A stretch of 24,000 nt of DNA from Chloroflexia bacterium (GCA_038209275.1 JBBQXW010000039.1:1-24000), one strand, 5' to 3'. Shown: positions 1-7,595, counted from the first letter of the stretch. Notes: generated by a model not told the origin, from the sequence alone. A program made the numbers and translations.

Positions 1-938
1 TTATCGAGCAAATCCAGCCTGGCCCGGCGCGGCCAGTTGTTTAGGTCAGCCCCGGCCAGACACAGCGCCAGATAGCGCACAAAGGTACTTTTGCCACTGC
101 CCGGCGCACCCAAAATCACCAGCCTGTCACGCGCCGCCGCCAGATGATTGAGGTGCAGCGTCATCACGTTTTCATGAATCCCGTTGTTCCAGCGATTACG
201 GTAAGAATGTTCCTCATCAGGTTTGGCCTGTGGATTCTCCTGCCGATAGAGTTCAATTTGCTCTTTTACTTCGTCAATCAGGATTTCAAAGGGCTGGCGT
301 TCGTAGCCGAGTTCTTCAGGTGTATGGGGAAGCCGCCCCGCCCGGTCATTGGCGAACTTAACACGCGGCTCGTCGGTGCGGGTTAGCCCCCAGTCCACCA
401 CCTGCCAATTGTCAACCTCCACGCTCAAGGCCAATGGGGTAGGCGAATCAACATAAACGTCTTCGAGGAAGATGTCCTGGGGCTGGTCGGGGTTAATCTG
501 GGCCAGATTTACCGTGCCAATCCGCTCCACCAAACGCCGCAAATAGGTCTGGTGCAACGGATTGCGCTTGTGGCGGTCAAAGCGAACGGCCCGCCCGCCC
601 GGTGAGGTCGGCTCGTTCGGGTGGCGGGGCAACCCAATTCCCGGCTCGATTTCTTCCAGAAAATCTACTACTGCCTGATACGGTTGCGAATACTGCTCAT
701 AGTGACCGACCAGCCCGATTAAGGCTTCCAGACCGCCTTCGTAGTTGACACAGAAATTCACCAGTTCACTTACATCATTCAAAGCTCTATCAATTTGAGC
801 GGCGTTGTAAATTTTGCCGGTCTCTCTCTCCCAGGCGCGGATTAATTGTTCGCGGCTACTTTTGATTCCAACCGCATCACAAGCTGAAAGCAACTTCACC
901 AATTCTTTGAGTTGTGCTAATTCGAGTTTTATTTTCAT
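1..938 (-). CDS. STAND/NACHT-type P-loop NTPase, 5' part only (gene continues beyond position 1), with an N-terminal helical effector-associated (EAD-like) adaptor module
   Basis: Missing from the ORF track because it has no stop in the window. Hand translation of the minus strand from ATG 938-936 stays open for all 312 codons to position 1: MKIKLELAQLKELVKLLSACDAVGIKSSREQLIRAWERETGKIYNAAQIDRALNDVSELVNFCVNYEGGLEALIGLVGHYEQYSQPYQAVVDFLEEI...FLEDVYVDSP...DRLVILGAPGSGKSTFVRYLALCLAG. The Walker A motif GAPGSGKST is encoded at 84-110. The N-terminal ~90 aa align to the C-terminus of the neighbouring TIR protein. Confidence 0.85.
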   Translation of the reverse strand, partial: MKIKLELAQLKELVKLLSACDAVGIKSSREQLIRAWERETGKIYNAAQIDRALNDVSELVNFCVNYEGGLEALIGLVGHYEQYSQPYQAVVDFLEEIEPGIGLPRHPNEPTSPGGRAVRFDRHKRNPLHQTYLRRLVERIGTVNLAQINPDQPQDIFLEDVYVDSPTPLALSVEVDNWQVVDWGLTRTDEPRVKFANDRAGRLPHTPEELGYERQPFEILIDEVKEQIELYRQENPQAKPDEEHSYRNRWNNGIHENVMTLHLNHLAAARDRLVILGAPGSGKSTFVRYLALCLAGADLNNWPRRARLDLLD

Positions 939-960
939 TTGTGTACTTCATTCAGGCTTA

Positions 961-1029
961 CCCGGCCCTGAAGAGCCGGGCTAAAAAGGGTCAGGCCATC
1001 TATTTTTAGCCCGGCTCTTCAGGGCCGGG
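961..1029. repeat. Perfect 27-nt inverted repeat (long hairpin/cruciform) in the divergent NTPase/TIR control region
   Basis: CCCGGCCCTGAAGAGCCGGGCTAAAAA (961-987) is the exact reverse complement of TTTTTAGCCCGGCTCTTCAGGGCCGGG (1003-1029), with a 15-nt loop. Each arm also contains its own mini-palindrome, CCCGGC-N8-GCCGGG. The left arm starts 23 nt from the NTPase ATG (938). Confidence 0.9.
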
Positions 1030-1065
1030 CCTTTCTCATCTACCGAAATCAACTAATTATTGCTA

Positions 1066-1093
1066 TTGGTTTCAGTATAACATATGTTATAAT
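1066..1093 (+). promoter_or_regulatory. Putative sigma70-type promoter for the TIR gene
   Basis: TTGGTT (1066-1071), a 16-nt spacer including the TG, then the extended -10 TGTTATAAT (1085-1093). AGGAG SD at 1130-1134 lies 8 nt before ATG 1143. Sequence pattern only. Confidence 0.4.
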
Positions 1094-1142
1094 TTTTCAA
1101 AACGTGGTTTGTTAAATGTAACCTGACTCAGGAGCAAAAAAA

Positions 1143-1952
1143 ATGAGCGCCAGCCCCAACCGTTTGCAACTTTATTTGTGCCACGCCGACGTAGATAAAC
1201 CGAAGGTACGCCAGCTTTACCAGCAGCTAGAAAACGATGGCATGCAACCCTGGTTCGACGAAGAAGATTTGGATATAGGCGGCGACCGGGAGCAAATAGT
1301 TGCCGCCGCGATTAAAGAATCTCATGCTATCGTGGTTTGTCTTTCAAAGCAGGCGCTTAACACTGCTGGCTTCATTCATAGGGAACTAAAATGGGCGCTG
1401 GAGAAAGCCGAATTACAGCCTGAAGGAGCAGTCACGATTATTCCAGTACGGCTGGATGATTGTGCGATACCTCATAAGTTGGAAGGACTTGTTTCGGTAG
1501 ATTTATTTGGCGAAGGCGGCGGCTACGGGCGGCTAATCAAATCGCTCACCAAAATGGCCGAGCGTCGCAAGCTGGAAACTACCTCACCTACCAGGTCATC
1601 CACCAGCCCGGCTAACTTTACCCTATCTTCGGCAACTGCTCCGGCTTCGCCAGCTTCTGATTCGCCCAAAGTGCTGAGTTTTGCCGAGCGGAGCGGAATA
1701 ATAGAGCGCCTGATGGCCTGTCATTCCCTCAGTAATCCCGGTTCGCGAGAAACCGTTATCCAAAATCTACCCGCACAAATCGCCAGTTCAGTAGCGCGGG
1801 CCTCCCAAACTAGCGTTGACGTTTCCAATTTGCTGACTACCTGCCTTAACTATCCGCAAGGCTTGCAAAAACTGCTGGAAGTAGTGAGCTTTTTCGAGCA
1901 GGGCAGCATCCCGTTCCGCGAACTGGAGAGTTATGTCAAGCAAATTCTTTGA
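1143..1952 (+). CDS. TIR-domain protein with S/T/P-rich linker and C-terminal EAD-like adaptor module (putative NADase effector)
   Basis: 269-aa ORF with a good SD. The N-terminal ~140 aa have a bacterial TIR_2-like pattern: LYLCHADVDKPKVRQLYQQLENDGMQPWFDEEDLDIGGD...AIKESHAIVVCLSKQALNTAGFIHRELKWAL, with a candidate catalytic Glu at E81. Linker: TSPTRSSTSPANFTLSSATAPASPASDSP. The C-terminal ~90 aa (nt ~1674-1949), ERLMACHSLSNPGSRETVI...DVSNLLTTCLNYPQGLQKLLEVVSFFEQGSIPF, align to the N-terminus of the divergent NTPase. Confidence 0.85.
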   Translation: MSASPNRLQLYLCHADVDKPKVRQLYQQLENDGMQPWFDEEDLDIGGDREQIVAAAIKESHAIVVCLSKQALNTAGFIHRELKWALEKAELQPEGAVTIIPVRLDDCAIPHKLEGLVSVDLFGEGGGYGRLIKSLTKMAERRKLETTSPTRSSTSPANFTLSSATAPASPASDSPKVLSFAERSGIIERLMACHSLSNPGSRETVIQNLPAQIASSVARASQTSVDVSNLLTTCLNYPQGLQKLLEVVSFFEQGSIPFRELESYVKQIL

Positions 1953-2166
1953 TACTAAGCCAGATGTAGCATTTACTACAGGATAGCACCCCAAAACGTG
2001 TTAAACTTAGGGTACTGATTATAGATTCACTTGCCTGTACCTGTACGAGAAAAAGCCCTTGCTCGAATTTTATTACGCCTGAAATAGCGGCGATGTTTTC
2101 ATTGCTTATCAAAAAGAAGCTCAATCAGCTATTATAATAAAGCGTTAGTCAGTAAGGAGTTTGAAC

Positions 2167-2514
2167 ATGGAAACCAGCGTATGGGCCGCGATTGCGGTGG
2201 CAGGGGCGTGGATTGCCGGGCTTGCCATCCTTTTTGCCATTTTAGCATTTTGCTTTGGCGTAATTCGGCCCTCTTTGTTCCGCTACGGTATAATCTATCT
2301 GTTTATTACCGATGCAGGTATTATTTTGATGCTGGCGGCAGTCCTGGTCATTGTAAATGACGCGGTACTCTGGACGTTCAGCTTAATCGGCCTGATAGTT
2401 ATGGTCTTGCTGACCGCAATTGCAGTTCTAGCAATCCGTAATTTGCGCGTGCGCGGCGAGATAGCATCGCTCGGTTCGCTTATCGAGGGTACACGGCAGC
2501 GTATCGAATTCTAA
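2167..2514 (+). CDS. Small integral membrane protein (3-4 predicted TM helices), function unknown
   Basis: The ORF track starts at TTG 2161. AAGGAG at 2154-2159 is better spaced (7 nt) for ATG 2167. The sequence is almost entirely hydrophobic (AAIAVAGAWIAGLAILFAILAFCFGVI..., LMLAAVLVIV..., LIGLIVMVLLTAIAVLAI). An intrinsic terminator follows. Confidence 0.65.
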   Translation: METSVWAAIAVAGAWIAGLAILFAILAFCFGVIRPSLFRYGIIYLFITDAGIILMLAAVLVIVNDAVLWTFSLIGLIVMVLLTAIAVLAIRNLRVRGEIASLGSLIEGTRQRIEF

Positions 2515-2535
2515 ATCTAGCGTTAGTGCAGGAGG

Positions 2536-2574
2536 CGCGGTCTTTCTCTATGGGGAAAGGCCGCGTTTTTATTT
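2536..2574 (+). terminator. Rho-independent terminator after the small membrane protein gene
   Basis: Stem CGCGGTCTTTC (2536-2546) pairs with GAAAGGCCGCG (2555-2565), with one G-U pair and an 8-nt loop. It is followed by TTTTTATTT (2566-2574). Confidence 0.75.
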
Positions 2575-2595
2575 ACAGCTTGTAGGAAATTTAAC

Positions 2596-2648
2596 TTGCG
2601 AAATAAGAGACCGAATGGTATATTATATTTATCTTGCCCTGGCAAGAT
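2596..2648 (+). promoter_or_regulatory. Putative promoter plus palindromic operator-like site upstream of the di-iron protein gene
   Basis: TTGCGA (2596-2601), a 17-nt spacer, then TATATT (2619-2624). Immediately downstream is the perfect palindrome ATCTTGCC-CT-GGCAAGAT (2631-2648), at about the expected transcription start. Confidence 0.4.
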
Positions 2649-2725
2649 TTCCTAAAGAGTGAAAGTAGTTAACATTAGCAGCGTAGCTTTGTATTACGCT
2701 TCCAAGTAGTAAAGGAGCCTCTTTA

Positions 2726-3808
2726 ATGAGTACTCGTATGTACACCCTCCCGGTCGGGCAAACTCAATGGTCAGTGGATAGCACCGCCACCACCGTGTTT
2801 AACTGGGAATACGATGAGGGCCGCGACAAATTGCTGAACCTTTATGAAAAAGGCAAAAATAAGCAATGGAACACCAACATCCGGCTCGACTGGTCGCAGG
2901 CAGTGAACCTGGATAATCCGCTGGGGTTGCCCGATGAGTTTTACCTACTTTATTACACCCCGATTTGGAAGCGTATGAGCCAGAAAGATATTAACGATTT
3001 ACGCTTGCACCATGCTTCCTGGCTCTTCTCGCAATTTTTGCATGGCGAACAGGGCGCGCTGATTTGTACCGCTAAAATTGTCCAGACCGTGCCAGATATA
3101 GATGCAAAGTTTTACGCCGCCACTCAAGTAATTGACGAAGCCCGCCACGTCGAAACTTATTCGCGCTACCTGCACGAGAAAATTCAACTGGCCTACCCGA
3201 TTAACGCTAACTTGCTGGCGCTGCTCAAAGATGTAATTCAGGACTCGCGCTGGGATTTTACCTACCTGGGGATGCAAATTTTGATTGAAGGGCTGGCCCT
3301 CGCCGCTTTCCACGGCATCCGGGATGGTGCTACCGAGCCTTTAGCCGCCGCGTTGAACGCTTATGTGATGCAGGATGAAGCCCGCCACGTCGCTTTTGGA
3401 CGGCTTTCGTTGCGCGACTACTATCCGCACCTGACCGACAAAGAACGCGACGAGCGCGAGGAGTTTGTGGTCGAAGCCTGTTACCTGATGCGTGACCGTC
3501 TATCGCAGGAGGAAATGTTCACTCACCTGGGCTACGATTTGCAAGAAATTCAGTCTTACGTGAATAGCCCGGAAGGAACGGATGAGTTCCAGAAGCGCCT
3601 GTTCTCCCGCATCGTGCCAACCATCAAAGATATTGGCCTGTGGGGGCCACGTGTCCAAAAAGCCTTCTCCGATATGGGCGTAATTGACTACCAGCAGCTT
3701 AATGCGGAAGAGCTAATGGCCTATGACGAAGTCGTTGCCGACCAGTTCGACGCGAAGCGCAAAGCCCTGACCGATGAAATTATCGCGGTGGGAGCAAGCG
3801 CGGATTAG
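2726..3808 (+). CDS. Ferritin-like di-iron carboxylate protein (AurF/R2-like oxygenase superfamily)
   Basis: 360-aa ORF with AAGGAG SD 8 nt upstream. Two identical EXXH metal-ligand motifs sit in helical context (VIDEARHVETY and MQDEARHVAFG). Upstream single-Glu helices (FLHGEQGAL, QILIEGLALAAF) give the E / EXXH / E / EXXH pattern of di-iron four-helix-bundle enzymes. Exact subfamily not resolved. Confidence 0.7.
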   Translation: MSTRMYTLPVGQTQWSVDSTATTVFNWEYDEGRDKLLNLYEKGKNKQWNTNIRLDWSQAVNLDNPLGLPDEFYLLYYTPIWKRMSQKDINDLRLHHASWLFSQFLHGEQGALICTAKIVQTVPDIDAKFYAATQVIDEARHVETYSRYLHEKIQLAYPINANLLALLKDVIQDSRWDFTYLGMQILIEGLALAAFHGIRDGATEPLAAALNAYVMQDEARHVAFGRLSLRDYYPHLTDKERDEREEFVVEACYLMRDRLSQEEMFTHLGYDLQEIQSYVNSPEGTDEFQKRLFSRIVPTIKDIGLWGPRVQKAFSDMGVIDYQQLNAEELMAYDEVVADQFDAKRKALTDEIIAVGASAD

Positions 3809-3811
3809 TAG

Positions 3812-3867
3812 TTTTGAATTTTGAATTTTGAATTTTGAATTTTGAATTTTGAATTTTGAATTTTGAG
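3812..3867. repeat. Tandem heptamer microsatellite (TTTTGAA)x7 plus one imperfect unit
   Basis: Seven perfect TTTTGAA units at 3812-3860 and TTTTGAG at 3861-3867. The array starts 3 nt after the stop codon at 3806-3808. Confidence 0.95.
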
Positions 3868-3880
3868 TTATAAGAAAAGG

Positions 3881-3931
3881 AAAGTTCCTGCTTCGCTTGT
3901 GAATAAGGCAAAGGCAGGAACTTTTTTCTTT
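3881..3931 (+). terminator. Rho-independent terminator of the di-iron protein gene
   Basis: Stem AAAGTTCCTGC (3881-3891) pairs with GCAGGAACTTT (3914-3924) around a 22-nt loop. It runs into a T-tract, TTTTTTCTTT. Confidence 0.7.
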
Positions 3932-3979
3932 GCCCGTCATCAGGGCAATTTATGTTAGAATATAGAAGAATTTAGATAA

Positions 3980-4007
3980 TTCAAAATTCAAAATTCAAAA
4001 TTCAAAA
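3980..4007. repeat. Tandem heptamer microsatellite (TTCAAAA)x4, the reverse complement of the 3812-3867 array
   Basis: Four perfect TTCAAAA units at 3980-4007. The array ends 2 nt before the AAGGAG SD (4010-4015) of the CoA-transferase gene. Confidence 0.95.
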
Positions 4008-4023
4008 TTAAGGAGTTCAGAGG

Positions 4024-5175
4024 ATGGGGGCAGCATTGGATGGCGTGCGGGTGCTGGATTTATCGCGGGCGCTGGCCGGGCCGTATTGCGCCATGATGCT
4101 GGGCGATATGGGCGCGGATGTTATCAAGATTGAGCATCCGCAGGGCGGCGACGAGGCACGCGGTTGGGGGCCACCCTTTCAGGCCGAGGAAAGTAGCTAT
4201 TTTCTGGCGGTCAACCGCAACAAGCGCAGCCTGACGCTGGATTTGAAAAGCGAGCAGGGCAAAGAAGCACTGCGGCGGCTAATCAAGACGGCGGATGTGT
4301 TGCTGGAAAATTTTAGTCCGGGAGTGCTGGAAAAGCTGGGGTTTGGCTGGGAAACTTTGCGCGAACTAAATCCTCGGCTGGTTTACTGTGCCATTAGTGG
4401 CTTCGGACAGTTCGGGCCACGCAAATTTCAGCCCGCCTACGATCAGATTTTGCAGGGGATGGGTGGTCTGATGAGCGTAACGGGGGAAGCGGACGGCCCA
4501 CCGACCCGCTTTGGCGTTTCGATTGCCGATATTGGCGCGGGCATGTTCAGCGCCTTTGCTATCGTCAACGCCCTGTTCTACCGCGAACGGAGCGGCGAGG
4601 GCCAGATGATTGACACTTCCCTATTAGATGGACAGGTAGCTTTGCTGACTTTCCAGGCCGGGCGCTTTTTTGCAACAGGCGAATCGCCCAAACGTATCGG
4701 CAACAAACACCCGCTAATTGCGCCCTATGAAGTATTAAAAAGCTCCGATAGTTATGTAAACTTGGCGGTTGGAAATGATAAGCAATGGGTCGCTTTTTGC
4801 AAAGCGATGGGCCTGGACGACCTGAGTGCGGACGCGCAATTGGCGACAAACCAGGGGCGCGTGACGCAGCGCGAAAAACTCAAAGCCCGCATCGAAGAGC
4901 GCTTTGCCGACCTGACCACGGCTGAAATAGTCGCAAAGCTGGAAGCGGTAAACGTACCTTGCGGCCCGATTTATAGCATAAGTGAAGTCTTTGCCGACCC
5001 GCAAGTTGAAGCACTGGGCTTGCGCCACCGCCTCGAACACCCGACGGCAGGTGAAATCAGCGTCACCACCCCGCCCTATCGCTTAAGCGCATCACCCGCC
5101 AAAGTCCGGCAAGCGCCGCCAACGTTGGGCCAACATACCGAAGAAATTTTGCGCGAAATTGGAATGGTGGATTAA
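4024..5175 (+). CDS. Family III (CaiB/BaiF) acyl-CoA transferase
   Basis: 383-aa ORF with a good SD. Hallmark N-terminus LDGVRVLDLSRALAGPYCAMMLGDMGADVIKIE, then NRNKRSLTLDLK. The conserved Asp region is QPAYDQILQGMGGLMSVTG. Confidence 0.92.
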   Translation: MGAALDGVRVLDLSRALAGPYCAMMLGDMGADVIKIEHPQGGDEARGWGPPFQAEESSYFLAVNRNKRSLTLDLKSEQGKEALRRLIKTADVLLENFSPGVLEKLGFGWETLRELNPRLVYCAISGFGQFGPRKFQPAYDQILQGMGGLMSVTGEADGPPTRFGVSIADIGAGMFSAFAIVNALFYRERSGEGQMIDTSLLDGQVALLTFQAGRFFATGESPKRIGNKHPLIAPYEVLKSSDSYVNLAVGNDKQWVAFCKAMGLDDLSADAQLATNQGRVTQREKLKARIEERFADLTTAEIVAKLEAVNVPCGPIYSISEVFADPQVEALGLRHRLEHPTAGEISVTTPPYRLSASPAKVRQAPPTLGQHTEEILREIGMVD

Positions 5176-5196
5176 ACAACATAAGGTAAGAGGGAT

Positions 5197-5982
5197 ATGT
5201 TACCTAAACCGAAATATCTCAAACCAGAAAATGCCGTTCGTTTCAAACAAGTGGGCGTAGTCGAGCGCTATCACCTACGCCTACCCTACCCACCCGCTAT
5301 TTTCGAGATGGTAGCCAATTTGATAACAGATGAGCCGCGCACGGTACTTGATGTCGGCACTGGCACCGGCGAAATTGCCCGCCAACTAATCAACCGGGTC
5401 GAACGAGTAGACGCGGTTGATTTTTCCCAGGCAATGCTTGCGAAAGGAAAGCAATTGCCCAATGGAGACAGCCCAAAGTTGCATTGGATTTACGGCCCAA
5501 TCGAGGAAGTTGCCCTTCAACCACCCTATGCCTTAATAACTGCCGGGGATAGTATGCACTGGATGAACTGGGAGCTACTTTTTCCCCGCTTCCGACAGCT
5601 TCTGACTCCAAACGGTTTTGTGGCAATGATACATCGTCAGGAATTGCCCGCGCCCTGGCAAACCGAATTAAACGAACTAATTTCGCGCTTTAGCACCCCT
5701 GGCTATGGCTATGAATTATTCGATTTAAACGAGGAATTAGAAAAGCGCGGGCTTTTTCAAAAATTTGAAGAGGAAAGCACCGCGCTAATAACTTCTAAAC
5801 AATCAGTTGAGGATTATATCGCCTGTTTTCACTCTCGGAGTAGTCTGGCGCTGGAAAGTATGAGGGCTGAGGCTGCCACTGCTTTTGACACTGAATTACG
5901 AAAACTGGTGTCCAAGTGGAGCAAAGACGATTACCTTGAATTACAAACTGTCGGGTCAGTATTCTGGGGAAAGCCAACCTAA
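5197..5982 (+). CDS. Class I SAM-dependent methyltransferase
   Basis: 261-aa ORF. Glycine-rich motif I is VLDVGTGTGEIARQL, followed by an acidic motif II, RVDAVDFSQAM. SD AAGAGGGA. Confidence 0.85.
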   Translation: MLPKPKYLKPENAVRFKQVGVVERYHLRLPYPPAIFEMVANLITDEPRTVLDVGTGTGEIARQLINRVERVDAVDFSQAMLAKGKQLPNGDSPKLHWIYGPIEEVALQPPYALITAGDSMHWMNWELLFPRFRQLLTPNGFVAMIHRQELPAPWQTELNELISRFSTPGYGYELFDLNEELEKRGLFQKFEEESTALITSKQSVEDYIACFHSRSSLALESMRAEAATAFDTELRKLVSKWSKDDYLELQTVGSVFWGKPT

Positions 5983-6000
5983 ATTTTCATTCTATCAAGG

Positions 6001-6426
6001 TTAAGCGGCGAAGCTGTAATTTTCGATTTGGACGAGGTGATGAAAGTTAATTGCGACCAGTTTGCGGTAAAGGGCGCTATCGGGATTGGTTACGCTGACG
6101 TAGCCGCCTGCTTCCAGCGCAGCGTTGCGAACGTTCACCAGGGCAGCAACACCGGCACTGTCCAGGTTCTTTAAGTCCGATAGGTCGAAAACGAAAGAAG
6201 TATAGCCGTTAGCAATAAAAGTTTTGACCAGTGATTTGAAAAGCAGGCTATTAGCAGTAGTCAGTTTGCCGACCAGGTGCAAGCGTACCGTGTCTTCCTC
6301 CATCCCTACACCCAACATCAAACCTTTGTTCGCCAATTGCTGCATCAAAGCCGAGCGATTATCTTCAATTTTGGCAACGCTGATTTCTTTGTTGGTAGGA
6401 AGGGTAGTAAGACGAAAGTTAAACAT
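6001..6426 (-). CDS. STAS-domain protein (anti-sigma-factor-antagonist-like)
   Basis: 141-aa ORF with GGAG SD. FVFDLSDLKNLDSAGVAALVNVRNAALEAGGYVSVTNP matches the STAS/SpoIIAA core, including the DSxG serine position. Confidence 0.75.
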   Translation of the reverse strand: MFNFRLTTLPTNKEISVAKIEDNRSALMQQLANKGLMLGVGMEEDTVRLHLVGKLTTANSLLFKSLVKTFIANGYTSFVFDLSDLKNLDSAGVAALVNVRNAALEAGGYVSVTNPDSALYRKLVAINFHHLVQIENYSFAA

Positions 6427-6616
6427 TTTAGAACTCCATTCTTCGCTAAGTTATCTGGTCAGAACCGGCCTAAGCTTTGTAATAATCCCTGAACTGCTTT
6501 TTCTTTTGAAGTTGAGTTATCAACCTCAACTGATAGGATTATAACTGAGTAGTCAGTATGTGTATGTGACCCAAAACACACTTTATTATTAACAAGATTA
6601 AGGATTTTATATAAAA

Positions 6617-7419
6617 CTAGGCAACCAGATTAAGAGGATAATTGAGGGCCATTACCAGCTCGGATAATGAAGACTTGCCATCAGTAGAGCCAATTCTTGG
6701 GGCAAATTGGATTTCGTCGCACTGGGCGCGCAACTCCCGTATAGTCATGACCAGTCGGTCAATCTCCTGCGCAATTGCCGAGGCGTTTGCTTCGGTCAAA
6801 ACAAAATCGGGCTTGACTGCTTGCGCCCGTTGCAAAAATAGCATTACCGAGGGATATTTAGCAATAGCCTGAAGCTTGAGCGGGCTTTTTAAATCGGGCA
6901 GGACCAGCGGCGATACTGATAGTTCTTGCTCTCCATAGACCCACAACGCCGTCCGGCTTGTCACCAGAATCTTCAGGGCCGGACAACCTGCCAGCAAATC
7001 AGAAACCAATCCGGCGGCATCGAGTACCAGCTCAAAATTATCCAGCACCAACAGTAGTTGGCGCGAACGTAAATACTCTTTCAGGCGGGCAATCAAAGGC
7101 TGGTCGCCACCTTCCTTTACCCCAAAGACCTGGGCAATGCTGGAAAGGCCGTATCATTGATGGCAGCCAGAGGTACAAAATAAACTTCGGCAAAATCGCC
7201 CAGCAAACTGGTAGCTAATTGCAAAGAGAGGCGAGTTTTGCCAATTCCACCTGGCCCGGTGAGCGTCACCAGCCGGACTCCCCCGGTACGGCGCAACAAT
7301 TCCTGAGCCACTGCCAATTCGCGCGCGCGCCCAATCAATGGAGTTACCTGCACCGGCAGCGACATTTTGGAACCCGACCCGATGTTAATTTCGCTCACCA
7401 TTTTAGCATAATTCGACAA
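6617..7419 (-). pseudogene. Frameshifted and C-terminally truncated STAND (NB-ARC/AfsR-MalT-like) ATPase relic
   Basis: Two adjacent minus-strand ORFs lie in different frames. ORF 7419-7117 carries Walker A (LVTLTGPGGIGKTRLSLQLA). ORF 7096-6617 carries Walker B and downstream motifs (LLLVLDNFELVLD, ILVTSRTAL, LFLQRAQAVKPDFVLTEANASAIAQ). Reading the second frame upstream of its start gives SIAQVFGVKEGGDQPLIARLKEYL, the expected continuation, which places a 1-nt frameshift near 7135-7160. The reading frame ends right after the NTPase module, with no sensor/repeat region. Confidence 0.6.
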
Positions 7420-7500
7420 ATCAACTCTACCTTCCGCTGTGTTCTACGTCGTTCATATTATACTCAATGCGGATGATTTGTCTATGCTTTTCTAATAAGA

Positions 7501-7529
7501 TTGACAGTATACCGTCTGGACGGTATAAT
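7501..7529 (+). promoter_or_regulatory. Consensus sigma70 promoter overlapped by a perfect palindromic (TetR-type) operator
   Basis: TTGACA (7501-7506), a 17-nt spacer, then TATAAT (7524-7529). The palindrome TATACCGTC-TG-GACGGTATA (7508-7527) fills the spacer and overlaps the -10. A TetR-family gene is the second gene of the operon downstream. Confidence 0.75.
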
Positions 7530-7595
7530 AAAACCCGTAAGTAAATTAAAGCTACCGAATAACCAGGTATATTGCCTTAAAATGGGAGGGAAATT

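Noticed and set aside
144-386. 80-aa plus-strand ORF inside the left-edge region
   Set aside because: It lies antisense within the continuous 312-codon NTPase reading frame, has no RBS and has unremarkable composition. The NTPase frame carries recognisable motifs.
2167-2514. Small membrane protein as a third component (membrane effector) of the TIR/NACHT system
   Set aside because: It is separated from the TIR gene by 214 nt, has its own SD and its own terminator, and does not carry the shared adaptor module. There is no sequence evidence of linkage. Conservation analysis could revisit this.
3713-3940. 75-aa minus-strand ORF with the repeated peptide QNSKFKI
   Set aside because: It is simply the translation of the (TTTTGAA)n microsatellite and the terminator hairpin. 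It overlaps the 3' end of the di-iron gene antisense and has no RBS.
3812-4007. Possible CRISPR array (regularly repeated short units)
   Set aside because: The repeat unit is only 7 bp and the units are contiguous with no spacers. The second block is the reverse complement of the first. No cas genes are present. It is a microsatellite, not a CRISPR array.
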